Shown: one piece after another, positions 41,982 to 55,100 of the stretch
Position numbering within the stretch: the stretch's first letter is position 1
Layout of the letters: every line of letters begins with the position of its first letter
Source of the DNA: Sphagnum compactum
Taxonomy: Eukaryota
Direction: 5' to 3'
DNA: 64,000 bases
Assembly: GCA_965153455.1 (NCBI GenBank)
Contig: OZ234494.1
Location: forward strand, 6,634,001 to 6,698,000
Translations under genes and position numbers: made by a program
Notes under the pieces: generated by a model
What the model was told of the DNA's origin: nothing
Database searches by the model: none
What the model saw: only the letters and a program-made list of their open reading frames with translations

Positions 41982-42310
41982 TTAAAGCAAGTAAACAACT
42001 TTTAACAAAGTCATTTGGTGTGTTTTTTTTTGTCCAAATGTGGAGTTGGCCTTTGCAGATACTCAGATCACCTTTACCTCTAGATCAAGCATCAAAGTGC
42101 ACAATCAACTTGAACCAATATAACAAATGCATAAAGTTACATTTGTTAAAGCAAGTAAACAACTTTAACAAAGTCATTTGGTGTGGTTTTTTTTGTCCAA
42201 ATGTGGAGTTGGCCTTTGCAGATACTCAGATCATCTTTAGCTCTAGATCAAGCATCAAAGTGCACAATCAACTTGACCCAATATAACAAATGCATAAAGT
42301 TACATTTGTT
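41982..42310 (+). repeat. Tandem duplication, 164-bp period
   Basis: TTAAAGCAAGTAAACAACTTT...ATAAAGTTACATTTG starts at 41982 and 42146, with few mismatches. Confidence 0.95.
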
Positions 42311-42538
42311 GGATTCTCTGTCTTTCATCAACCCTTTTATGCCCAGAGTGGACCAACAACCACCACTTACCATCATCCACTGGAAGCTTGTTATGACTCC
42401 ATCGTGGATGAACCCCAAGTGAGTTGAATTTGGGTTGGGTTTCACCTTAGTAACCTGTGACTTGGATCAAAGGATAGGTCTGGATAATAGGTAGGATAAT
42501 AGGCATGGCTACATACCCTATAAAGGATAGGGTCCAGC

Positions 42539-42830
42539 CAGGGTTTTTTTTCAACTTTGTGATGTAGCTGAAGTGGGCAATCATTCATCCTTTGATTTAG
42601 CCAGATTTGGCTACAAACTAGATATGAAAGTAGAAAAGAAAACCAGAATCCTTCTACATTCAAGTGGCTAACTACTGGAACTTGTGATAAAAATCTGGTG
42701 ACTTGAATTTTTTTTTCCTTCAAAATCTGGCAAAGTTTGGTCATTTTTTTCAATGAAAAATGCTTTGTATAGGTTGAAGTCACATTTTTCAGGTTCAAAT
42801 TTAGTGAAATTCTGCCCTGAAAAAACATTG
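42539..42830 (-). mobile_element. Complete hAT-type MITE (292 bp) with an 8-bp TSD-like flank
   Basis: Ends CAGGGTTTTTT...AAAAAACATTG. Flanks GGTCCAGC (42531-42538) and GATCCAAC (42831-42838) are 6/8 identical. Confidence 0.7.
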
Positions 42831-43769
42831 GATCCAACATGTACAGTATAATAGGTGACTATTAGGTGAAAGGAAGAAAGGAGCCATTCAAGGAATGGAC
42901 CAATGCTTAAAAAAATTTCTTGTAACTTTGAAAATTGATCATCATCGGAACACCATGATTTGAATTTAATTAGTTTGTTCTTTGGAATAATTTTCTACGG
43001 TTGCAAAGTTGCTACCACCAAAATTTCATGCAAATTGATGATGTTTCTTGAGAGTTTTCTTGATATATTTAATATTCAAAAAAGGATGTCAATTTAGTGA
43101 AAGTACACTAAAATGACCCCCTTTATATAGTCACAAATTGTATTGGTTTTTTAGGTGGTGTGTTTTTTAGTCTAATTCATGTCAAAACTAAAAAGGAGTT
43201 TCACACCTAGTGATGACATTCTTCATTTTGCACATTAAAATTCTTTAAAATTCTTCATTTAACACCTTGTCATAACATTCTTTACCCGTGAATGTTTACC
43301 AAATTACACTGGTTGATCTATAAAATTCTTTAAAATTCTTGCTTCTTTGGGCTTCCATAACATTCTCGCACCAATAATGTCATAACTATGGTTTCACAAT
43401 GTATTTGCATTTTATGGTAGAAGGCAAAAGAATAGAATAAAAATTATTTATTTAGTATTTATATTTTGATGAGTTGGAATATATTTGTACAAAAGGGTGA
43501 AAGCACATTGGGGGGAGGGGGGGGGGGCACACTTTAAGCAAGAAAATGTACTTTTTTTCTAGGGTACATTTTCTATTATTTTGGGGGCTATTGTTCTTTG
43601 ATTTTATTGGCATTTTAATAAATATATAAAATGGATTTTGATACAAAGGTCACCAACATAATTCTTGTTATCTTTCAAATGAAACTAGATTTTTAACAAA
43701 ATGTTTTTTCCACCACACTTATGCTCATTTGAATGAAAAACTTATTTAAATGATTTTTATGAAATCACA

Positions 43770-44184
43770 TGTGTCAAAATTTTCAATTATAAGGGACTCC
43801 CAACTTGGGAGTCCCAGGACAGGACAAAATGACATTTGGGTGCTAGCTCCATGACCAAGCATAGAAAATACTATAAGGGGTAAGGTGGTGACTTCTCTCA
43901 AATCTGAGCCGTGATGAGTTTTATGAGTCCATGTTTGCCCGTGGTTCATCCGTGCACCAAAAGTGCTCCAACTACGCAGTAACCAACTTGTTGTTTGGTT
44001 TGTGCAGGTCCGTGTGAATAATTGACCCGCTTGTCATTCGTCCTAGTCCCCATCCTAGAACTCCAGCACGCCCCTCTACCCTCGAAATGCTGCGAGCCAG
44101 GGAGTGTGCCCCAACTCCTTATCCTTCTGCTGTCTTCACTTTGGATTCATAGTTGAATCTATCAAGGAACTCGGGGGTGTGTCA
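43770..44184 (-). mobile_element. LTR-like retrotransposon fragment (truncated solo LTR)
   Basis: GC-richer block with a sharp end. Minus strand starts TGACACACCCCC, and there is an internal palindrome GGGACTCCCAACTTGGGAGTCCC. It resembles, from memory, a high-copy Sphagnum LTR-type repeat. Confidence 0.6.
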
Positions 44185-45670
44185 ACTTGGTAGAAATATG
44201 TTATCCTTCCCAATCTTTGAGCTATCCAACAACACACTGATTTGATTAAAACCCCAATTGGTGAACCATTCTTGTGTGAAGGATTTTCCACACCCTGGGG
44301 TCACACACTTTGTTGTTTTCCTTGCCAAATATACAATAATACAAAATGGGTGATAAGTGCACCCGCATGAGGTCAACACAAGATTGTTGCAAGAAAATAA
44401 TAACCCACATATTGGGCATGGACTAACAAAAAAAGTCCAATTGTATTAGGAGCCAAATGGTGGGGTTTGTTGTTGGTAATGGCATGGCATACATTCCTAA
44501 ACCCTTGCACATAAGTTAGACTTAGTGGCCTAAACTTTGAACCCATTGCTTCATGTGACCACCTTTTAAATGCAAAACATCAAGATCCCTAGAAATAGAA
44601 CATAACATTTCATGCACATCTTTGAGCTCAATTTCCCCATCCTTAATCTTATTATGTTCCATTTTCACCAATAAGTCATGAAACTAGAAGTCTGCTTCAA
44701 CAGCCCTCAAACTTACAATTAATGTGGTAACAATGCTTTTTATTTTGCCCAACTCTACTGGATTTGGGCAACCTTGGCACTTACTTTCACAAGCAGCCAA
44801 TTCTTTTCGTAGTTCCTTAGCTTTTTCTACAAGATATTCAAATTCCTTCTCAACTCCTTTTAAGGATTTATTCCTATCTAACATCTTTCCCTTTAAAGTT
44901 TGTGCAAGGGCTTGTAACTGAAACTGAACTTTTTCCAATTCTGTTTTTTGAGGAGATATATCCTCATTTTCCTTTTCAACACCCTCAAGAAGCTTTTGAC
45001 TATTGCTAACACTTTCGGTAAAAATGTTTTTGTTTCTTTAGAACCTTCAAAAACACAAACCTCATCATTGTAATCATCACCTTGATGTGAAGAAAAAGTC
45101 CCCCGACAAATGCCTTTAGAGGTTGTAGATGGTGGCCTCTTTGCCCTCTTCATCTACTCTTGATTTCTATCGAAAGCATACAAAGCCCAATTAATGCAAT
45201 AATTTTTCCTCTCTGCTAACCAGCCCTTCAAAAAAATGCTAAAATAATCACCATCAGCAGGTGGATGAGCATAAATTGTTTCGTACAACTTCAGTATTCC
45301 CTCATAATCTTCTACATTCAATAAATCACATGGTTTGACCTTCCAGCCATTAGGGGACAATCTCTTCCCAAAAAATTTCACAAGCTCATTTTTTGAGACA
45401 ATGTCTATTGATATGTCACGATGAACATTTAATCCAGAAGCATTTAAAGAAAGTTTTTTTCCAAAGTCCTACACATTCCAATGTGTACGACCAAAAGCAT
45501 GGCTCATCCTTTCCATCTTCCTTTTCTCTCTCTTGGAAACATGATCCTTTGATTTGACTATTAGTAATTGAGCGCTTGATGGAACTTTGCACGCCATTTG
45601 AGATAGTAAGCCTGAAATCTACAACCTTAAAAAAAAAAACTACAAGTAATGGATTTTGTAGCAACAAGTT
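44185..45670 (-). pseudogene. Decayed gene, probably TE-borne: unknown N-terminal domain, coiled coil and RING-like zinc finger
   Basis: Chain of same-strand protein-like fragments: ...FLKGWLAERKNYCINWALYA; heptad-rich KGVEKEFEYLVEKAKELRKELAAC; CPICGLLFSCNNLVLTSCGCTYHPFC...KCVTPGC. Fragments are separated by stops and frameshifts. Confidence 0.55.
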
Positions 45671-48600
45671 CTCTCACAAATGCCAACATGTTGTTTTCAA
45701 GCAAATAACATTATCTAAGACCTTGCATTTGTTGTAAAACAATATTGCCAACCCTTAAACCCAACCCACTGCATGATAGATTTTTACCTTGGTTCACCAA
45801 ATTGTAGCTTATTAGAAATCATGCCATAGTTAGAAGACTTGTAAGATCCCGCCATCATTTGTGACGGCACATTAAACATGGCACTTTAGGTTCTATTTAT
45901 GGCCTCCAAACGTTGTCACAAGTTGAGTTCAATCGCTACTGCAACACGAAGAGAAAAAAATAAAATACTTGTGCGTGTTTTGCAACTCTACATTCAACTT
46001 ACTAGGCTACACTTAGGTTTCTAGTGACCTATCACTGTTGTAGTTAGGTTTTTAGCTACCTATCACTGACATTCTTATTTAATGTCACCCAATTAAAAAT
46101 TTCTCTGTCTAAAAACAACGTTCAAAATTACTTCCCTCTACTTTTCAAAAACTGCCAAGGTAACAAGGATGTACAAAATACCTTGCTTTCATTTGTTAAC
46201 ACTATCAAGTTTTATTTTTTATGTTATAAGCTACAAGTTTTTTTAAAACAACATATACATTCCATCACATTTACATGTTGAAAAGGACTCATGAACTTTT
46301 TTAAAACCTTAATTTTTGATAAACACAAAATTTTAAAAATATGAAAATTTGAGTGTTTTTTAGATGTGTTTAATAGTATCCTATTACCATAAAAAAATTG
46401 AGGATGAAATAAATTGTATTATGAAAATTAAAAGGCCTTTTATGAAAGTAGTGTCATTGAATGAGGTTATTAAACATCCTTTATTCAAACCAAACTTTGG
46501 TATGGAATTTTTTAATTTCATTTTAGATTTCTCAAGATCCATATTATTCAATAAACACAACTTTCCACGATCCACATGCCATTAAAGTGGCACCACATAG
46601 ACAAATGTAACAAGAATTACAAAAAATTTGACGTTTTGACATCAATTTTGGCTCATTTGAGCTCATCTACACCCAAATGTCTCAAGCACAGAACAAAGTT
46701 GTGAATGTATGACATGTGGGCCGGATGAGGAAGGTAAGAAAATAACAACAATTGGTAAGCCCCTAAATTTGAATTTAAATTTATCTCATTTATGTTCTTA
46801 GTCTGTTCATTGAATTTCACATCCAAATGTATGCCATCTAGTTTGTTGAGCTTGAATCCAAAACAACTTTTAGACTCCGTTAACTTAACACTAAAGAAAA
46901 AATGTTGTTATGGTGTGGTAGAAAAAGAAAAAGGCAACACAACCTTAGTGTTACAGAACTTGCAATAGAGATCCAAGTTGGATTTGAATAGACAAATGGA
47001 TCTTCGGTAAGATGGCCCTAAACATACTTCAATACTTGAATTTTGCCAATGTACAATTCAATTTGTTCTACAATGTATGTTGGAAATCATTTTGAAAAGT
47101 TTTGTAGCAAAAATCTTGTTCCCACATTTACGTGGGATTGATTCCTTCTCCTTCAAAGGGAAGTCTACTAAAGTGGGATTGCGTTGTAATTTTTTTGGGC
47201 CTCTTTGATAGATAATGCATGTCTATATGGAGTTTGAAAGCCAAGTAGAATCGGCCAAAGAAACAAAAGTTACTAGAAAGATGTCTTGATTAGTACAATT
47301 CACTACATTCTGTTTCCTCTAAGGTCTAAAGAATGCGTAGTAGTTAGTGGGATGTTGCCAAAGTTTAAGTGTTTCTTTCTCCCACTTTCTTATTGTTGCT
47401 ATTCCATAAAAATTACATATTACACTACTATTGAAGTTTGCTATGTTATTCATGTGGCATGCCCATGCTTTCAGCTAAAACATCTATGGGCAATCCTACA
47501 CTATTATGTGATGTGTAGGTTGTGTCTAGAAGGTTGGTAGCTCATATGGCAAAAATGGAACAAAACTAGGCACAAATGGAGGAAAAATAAATGGCTTTAG
47601 ATGGGAAAATGTTTGAAGTTTTGCTCTTCACAAACAATAATGCCACTGCCTTGGCTGACCTCAAGACCATGATCATGGACTTCATGTGTAAAGTTGTAAA
47701 CCCAATTTGGTGTAGATAATGGGGGGCGAAAAATTGGTGACAAAATCCAAGGATTGAAAGCATTGGTCAAGATGGGTCAAGTTCATTTAAATAGCATCAT
47801 CCAACACAAGGCAAGAAGAAAAAATTAGTATGATTGCACCTTCTACGAAGCTTTAGTCATTTGTGTCTCGTATGATAGAAATTCTAGTCATACAATAAAT
47901 CATAGAATTCCCATTTTCTTCTAGTGAATGAAAATCTCCAAAAGAGGGAGATGAACCATACAAGTCATTTAAAAAAGAGAGAAAATCAATGGATATTACT
48001 ATAGGGGTTGGATCATGAGTAGCGCCTTCGTCATCCACCATACCACAAATACTTGAAAAGTCAATGTTTATCTATGAACACTATTTGTAGATTTGATGTC
48101 CAATAATGCCTTCTGACCTAAAGATCCAAACACATTGGCAAGGTGTTAATTGAGGACCAAATAGACATATTTTGCTAGCAATAGACAACATAAACATATT
48201 AATGTAGTGAAGCATTCACATGACATCTGATAATGCCATGTAGAAAACTTGGCCTTGAAAATAACATTCTTTTTAGCTCAATGGAATATAAACATAAAAT
48301 TTGAACATAACACCAACCATTGTAGATAAGATTTAGACATATGTCACACAAGAAGGTCCATTTAATGAGCTATATATTCACATATCAAGTTGAAAAGACT
48401 AATATGAAATTGAGGTCAAAGATACCTCTACCATACCTTGAGTTTCACACTTTAAGAGAACACTTAATATTGTTAAGGTAAAGTTTGAATGATTTCCACA
48501 ATATATATGTATTTAATGTGAGCCAAGTAAATTAAGATTGGGGAACTCTAGATTTTGAAAGGAGCACCCAAAGGTAAAAAACCTTACAAATAGTTTTTTT

Positions 48601-50313
48601 CCCATAATGGCATGTTCATATTTGCAACTTAGGGAAAGAAATGGTTACCTCCAATTGATTTCATAAAATTAATACTAGGAATTTCATTTTAATTATAAAC
48701 TAGAAAAATCAAAATATCTAATGCTTCCACAAGACATTACAAACATTGAATCATATACATGAACATCAAATTTAAGAGACATTTGTGTGACTATTTAGTT
48801 CTAAAATTTCATAGTCCCAAAAAATTTGTTGATCTTTTGGTAACTTTAACCCTTTCTTCAAATTTTGGTTCATGGAGTTGTCAGAACCCTACAATCATTG
48901 ACTACAAATTGGGTAGAGAATTGATTTTTAAGGTTGATAACAATTACAATGTTTGAATGAAAGCACAAAACATAATGTTTAGTTTACCAAACTTGTACTT
49001 TCAAAGAACATGATGTAGTAGATGAACATGAAAGGTTATAATTTTCAACTATCTTGGCTTTGTGTGTGGCAAAAACAATTGTACATGTAGATGAAAAAGA
49101 AAAAATGAATGCTTTCAATGTCCAAGTACATTAATCTAGGAATAAAAAAATCTAAAGTTTAAGTTAAAAAAGAATGAATTGGATAGAAAGTAAAACCATA
49201 CGATGGAACACAATCAAGATGTAAAGCACCTTGCTACACATGCAGATGTCCCACACAAGCAAACAATCTCCTCTCAAAATATTCTAAGATTTTTTGCATT
49301 ATTCATCAAATGTACATTGATTTACCTTGTGGTACATAATTAACACAAGTTCATTCCAAAAAACTACATTTGAAGATGGTAGCTTGCTGAACACTCTTGT
49401 GAATGCTTTCAAATTTTGCATCCATGTTAATCAAGGTAAGAAAAAATGATGCAAGAACTCAATGTTGCAAAGGGTGTTGTTGATCTCAATAGGACGATGT
49501 ACTTTTATTTAACAACCTATTTAATTTACTTAAGGTTACATCGAACTAAGTATGAAAAATCACATCCATTTGGAAATAACATTATAGGATCACATGTTAG
49601 CTCTACATTGGTAAAGGAGTGAACCAAAATTTTATCCCCAAATTGTGCACAAATGCATAATCTTTTCCCTATGGATAGAACCAACAAAAGTGTGTGCATC
49701 ACAACCAAAATAAATGAACCACCAAGTTGTTGCATCTAGGCTATCATCAATTCTTTGATGCCAACTTATTAGTGTTATTTTCTTTATTTGAACCTTCAAT
49801 ACAAATTACATCCTTTCCATCTTACTAATTGAACCTACTAACAACTGATACTTATATTATAAATTTGTTTACACATATGCTATTTAAAATAATAATAATA
49901 CCTATTATTAAAGCATATTATAATATGTTAATTTGAATTTTGAAAATAAACATAATCTTACTCTAAAATTAATTGGATTACATATTTTTACCAAACAACC
50001 AATATATGACACAACTTAATGTCAAACTATGAGATTAGTTTGATATGTGCCACAATACACACCACATATTCTACAATATGATGGATGAAACCACAAAGTT
50101 TACTTCACATGTCATGTGTCATGAGCCATAGCTATTGGTGTAGGAAAAATCACATTTTGTTGTAATGCTAGGTAGCTTCATTTCAAATATCCACAAATGG
50201 AATTCACAGATTTTACCACACTTGCTAGGGGGTCAAGAAATAGTTGGATAAACTAAATATTACTAAGTTTGGTGAAGAGAAAAAGGTCTGCATGTAATGT
50301 TTCTCACATCAAC

Positions 50314-51197
50314 TAGGGTAAACTAGCCCGTCATCAATCACTTGCCTACGACCGAACACTTTGGCAAATCTTTCTCAATTCTTCTCCATTTTGAGTGATT
50401 TTAAGTGTTATAGGAGTGCCTTCTTAAGCCTTACAAATCAGCTTCGAAATGCAAAGCCAAAGGACTAAACAAAAAAGAGTTGGAAAGAAAATACATTTTT
50501 AAAAATTGCAAAATGCGTTTTTTGTCATTTTGACCCCTCCTACTTTCAAATCTCATAATTTATTTATTTATTATTCATTTTAAGCGATTTAAAGTGTTAT
50601 AGGAGTGCCACCTGAAGTTTTACAAATCATCGACCAAACACTTTGGCAAATCTTTCTCAATTCTTCTCCATTTTGAGTGATTTTAAATGTTATAGGAGTG
50701 CCTTCTTAAGCCTTACAAATTAGCTTTGAAATGCAAAGCCAAAGGACTAAACAAAAAAGAGCTGGAAAGAAAATACATTTTTTAAAATTGCAAAACGTGT
50801 TTTTTATCATTTTGACCTCTCCTACTTTCAAATCTCATAATTTATTTACTTATTATTCATTTTAAGCGATTTAAAGTGTTATAGGAGTGCCACATGAAGT
50901 TTTACAAATCATCTTTGAACTCTAATAGTAACAAAGCAACATACAAAGAATTTTTAGGGCGTTGAGGAACCGGCCATTGTAGTATTCGGTGATTTGATTT
51001 TTTGAGTTCTTGACCCCTCTACTTTGGCGGGCTGTAACTTTCTTAATTCTGCTCTGTTTTTGATGATTTTTAGTGCGCCAGATGTGCCAATAAAAGGGTC
51101 TCAAGTTTTGTTTGGACATCAAAAAAAATGGAACCCTCCCCTTCGATCCAGCCTGCCCTGAGCGCTTAAGTGTTGGGTCACCAGCCAGTTTACCCTA
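50314..51197. mobile_element. Non-autonomous TIR DNA transposon (about 880 bp)
   Basis: TAGGGTAAACTAG (50314-50326) pairs with CCAGTTTACCCTA (51185-51197). Subterminal GACCGAACACTT / AAGTGTTGGGTC. Confidence 0.7.
50349..50912 (+). repeat. Tandem duplication, 282-bp period, inside the TIR element
   Basis: CGACC(G/A)AACACTTTGGCAAATC...TTTACAAATCAT starts at 50349 and 50631. Confidence 0.95.
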
Positions 51198-51992
51198 CAG
51201 GGAAATTGACTGACTTAATATTGTTGGTTCCAAATGCACAAATCCTACAAGTGTCGTGCTCCAATACAGGGATCCATGAGTGTCCCTTGAAACTTACTGT
51301 GGTGTGTACCCATCACACTAAATTGTTATCAAAAGAAAGTCTTTATAACCTCAAGAACATCCATATCCAATATGGACCAATCCATATCTGGACGACACTT
51401 ATATTCCAAGGGTAGTGAGATAACATACAGAAAAGAAAATACAAGAGCATACATCCAGAAGCTGGTGGAAATACAAGCTGGGGGAAATATGTTGCAAAGC
51501 TTCGTCTGGACCAAACTCCTCAGCAAGGCATTTCGGAATTTGGGTTGTTGCCTCTCTAACAGAAATTAGAATACACCTGCATTGGAATGAACAGTGACTT
51601 GGGAGATGACAAAGAACCTAAGCCTCAGTGTTTTTTAAAAACTAAATTTGATGTTGCAACATGGGATAGCATCCCAAGATTGATGTAGCATTCAATGGCA
51701 ACGGGGCAGGTCAGATGGTAATGAGCTCTGAACAAGTCAGGAAGAGAACAGACAATACACACATGATCTCCAAGCCACCAAAAAACAAAAAATAGAAAAA
51801 GGAAAACAAAAGGAAGAAGATCAAAGGAAAAAAAGGGGGAAAAAAAAGGGAAAGCAAATGAAATTGATGATTTTCATTCTTCTTTTCTTTGTCTTCTTTC
51901 ATATATATTGGTAGTATTCAAAGGCAAAAGGAAAGAAAGAAATAAAAAAACACCCAATACATATACTTAGTGCTTTTGATCCTTTGTAACTC

Positions 51993-52188
51993 TTGATCCA
52001 TCTATAATGGGAACAAAAGGAGATGAAAAGAAATATGTAATGAATGTTCTTCTTTTTTCCTTAAAAATGTAAAGAAAGAAAGGGTAAAAATTGATCCATC
52101 TATAATGGGAACAAAAGGAGATGAAAAGAAATATGTAATGAATGTTCTTCTTTTTTCCTCATAAATGTAAAGAAAGAAAGGGAAAAAA
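51993..52188 (+). repeat. Tandem duplication, 98-bp period
   Basis: TTGATCCATCTATAATGGGAACAAAAGG...AAGAAAGAAAGGG starts at 51993 and 52091. Confidence 0.95.
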
Positions 52189-55100
52189 AGACGATCAAAT
52201 CATGTACTTGATGCTGTTCGTCTATCCTTGCTCCATTTGCAATGAAGACAAAAGAATGATTGAGCCTAAAATTGTAATTGATAGATATGTTTCACCTCTT
52301 CTGCTTTAAAATATTTTGTATTCACTATTACTTCTGAAAAAAGGAAAGAAAAGAGGACAAAAATAACAAAGATATGTTCTTATATGATCTTGATCTAAGT
52401 AACCCTTGACCAAGGAAAAAGAAAAAGAAAATGTAAAGGAAAATAAAAAATATAACTATTTCTCTTTTTCTCTTTTTTCTTTGTATCCCACAGAAAAAAA
52501 AAACACCCTAGAACCAAAAAAACAAAAGACAAATAATGCACCTCATCATGTTCTTGAACTGTGAAACCCTAGCTCCCTGCGAGGGGCAAAAGAAAAAGGG
52601 GGGTGAAATGAAAAGAAATAGCAGGAGAAAGAAAGGAAGAAGTAAGAAGTAACTTCCAATTACCATTGGGTGGTAATTGGAATCCTGTTATGACTCCGTC
52701 GTGGATGGATGAACCCCAACTGAGTTCATATTAGGTAGGTAGGGTGAATAGTAGGTTACTACTCAAGAAGTAGATGGTGGTTAGTACATGAGTAAAGGGC
52801 CAGTGAGTTGGTAAGAGACAGGTAGCAGAAACACAAACTTGGCTGACCACTGTGGTTACTTCAGAACTGGAATCCAATGGAATAGTGTTTACTGTCCATC
52901 CACACCATTCATCCCTAGGAGAGCCCTCAGAGCAGCATTTTCTTTTTCTGCGAAATTTCACCAAAATGCAAAAGATATTTGGCTCATTTTGGAAAAAAAA
53001 AATTGAAAATGGTTTTGCCAAAAAAGCAAGGGTTTTGGACTGGGTTTGCCAGACTTAGAGGGCATGGTCCAACAAATGGCCAAATAACAGTAGGATTACA
53101 AATTGAAAAAAACCCATTGGCTCATAGTGCACTAGTGGTAATTGGTTCATTCCAGCCCATGGTCACCATGTGAGAGTTGTAGGCCAAAAGAAAACAACCT
53201 AATCTTCAATAGAAAATGTTCTGTAAGGTCAGAACTACCCTACATGGGCATTAGTTTCGACAATATTAATGGATAAAATAACTGCATAAATTTTTTTGTA
53301 TGTATATTTTGGAAAACATTCAGGAGAAATGTTGAAAAAATCAAGAAAATTATATAACCTGAAAAAATTGTCTATCATGGGAAAGAATTTGTACAAAATA
53401 CTTTGAGTTCTTAGTGAAGAAGGTAAGTGAAGTTGGCAATGAACAAAACATGTGATTGGACCGTAACTAAAACTAGATTTTGGAACTAATCCACATATTC
53501 ATATTGAATCCATACATCAAATATCAAAGAACCTTGTTGTCTTTATTTTCCTCAATTTTTTGATTTGGCAAAAGCAATGAGTTGCAATCTGAATTTCCAC
53601 ATTTTGCACCAAAACAACAAGTTGTTTGCCACCAAAAAAAATCATTGGTTGAGCTAGAGAGCCTAAAGGGAATGAATTTTGACCAATTGGCATAGGTTGC
53701 TTAGAATCACCATAACGTGTGCTACACAATTTTGAACATTATGGACGGAAATCTCACAACACACTGGACAAAATGCTGAACCTATCTCAAAGCTAGAAGT
53801 CATTCTTCCAAGATTTGGGTGTTGAAATCTGCAACACCTTTTAATGAGATGTATATATGGAGGGTGAGTTGAATGCATTTAGGTTAAATATATTGGGAAA
53901 AACTTGAGAATGTGATTTCTGTTCTATTTTACTGAAGTAGTCTATATATTTGACATCCAGATGTCACACTGCTTGAAGCATGTACACTAGTTACTGAAAG
54001 GCATTCCTTCTAATTTGTACTCTAATAATAATTCATGTGTATTGCATTTTCTTTTCAATTTTGGGACATAGTCAAAGTGGCAATCACCACAAGAAGATTG
54101 AGGTAAATTTGGTTAATAGAGATATTTAATTGTACGTACACACCTTGTGTTGGGGGAAACAAGTTTAAAGTTGCTAACATCTACTTAGCAAAACCTTAAT
54201 TTGTATCATGAGCATTTTTTTACTGGCCACTAAAACAAAGCCTACTTACTTGAAAGTTAATCTGCCATTCAAAACCATCTGAGTATCTACACCTAGAGGT
54301 ACTTTGTAAAGATTTTTGTGTTGCCAAGATGATGGTTCGTCATCTACACTTGTCGAAAAGGTAAGTCCGTGGCAAAAAGATGATTGTGTCTTTGGTCCCA
54401 ACTCCAAAAGAAGCATGCTCTTGCAATTGTTTGCTGCAAATTTCTTGCATTTGTGTCAAGCTTGTCACTTGTTTCTTTCAATTGTCTATTGTGTTCATTT
54501 TCTTTCCATTGTTTGCTGATGTTCATGGGTTTTACAACGCTTACAAATCTCCATTTTTTCCTTGCAATATTGTCATGAAGAAACTTCCCAACATGGTTGT
54601 TACTCTTCTTTCCTTTCTGGCCTCTTGCTCTTTGTGATCTTTGATTCTTTGGTGTGGCTACAGCAGATACTAATTTTTGAACACCTATAGAATAGAACGT
54701 GAATTTAGAAATGCAGGAAACAAAACTGAACTTGAATATATATTCACAATTGAAGTTCAAAATAATTATTCACTAGGATCTATGTTTCCTTGGTTAGAAT
54801 CAAATTCATCAACCATGGTGTCATCATCTTTCTGCGATGCCATTCTGCTTGTGTTGATTGCGGTTACGTGAAGGCACTGGGCACTAAGGTGCTATGCGAA
54901 AATGTTGTGTGCAAGCTATTGCGCAATGGAATAATGTAAGCGAGAATGTCAATGGGGGAGCATGATGTGCAGGATGAAAATTTTCTTAACTTCAGATTAT
55001 CTTGCCTTTTTTCTGGCAAATAAGTTACCACAAGCTTTTACAAAAAAATGTTAAAACATTGGTGTTAATTTAAAACTTAATGTTAATGTAACTCCATTGT

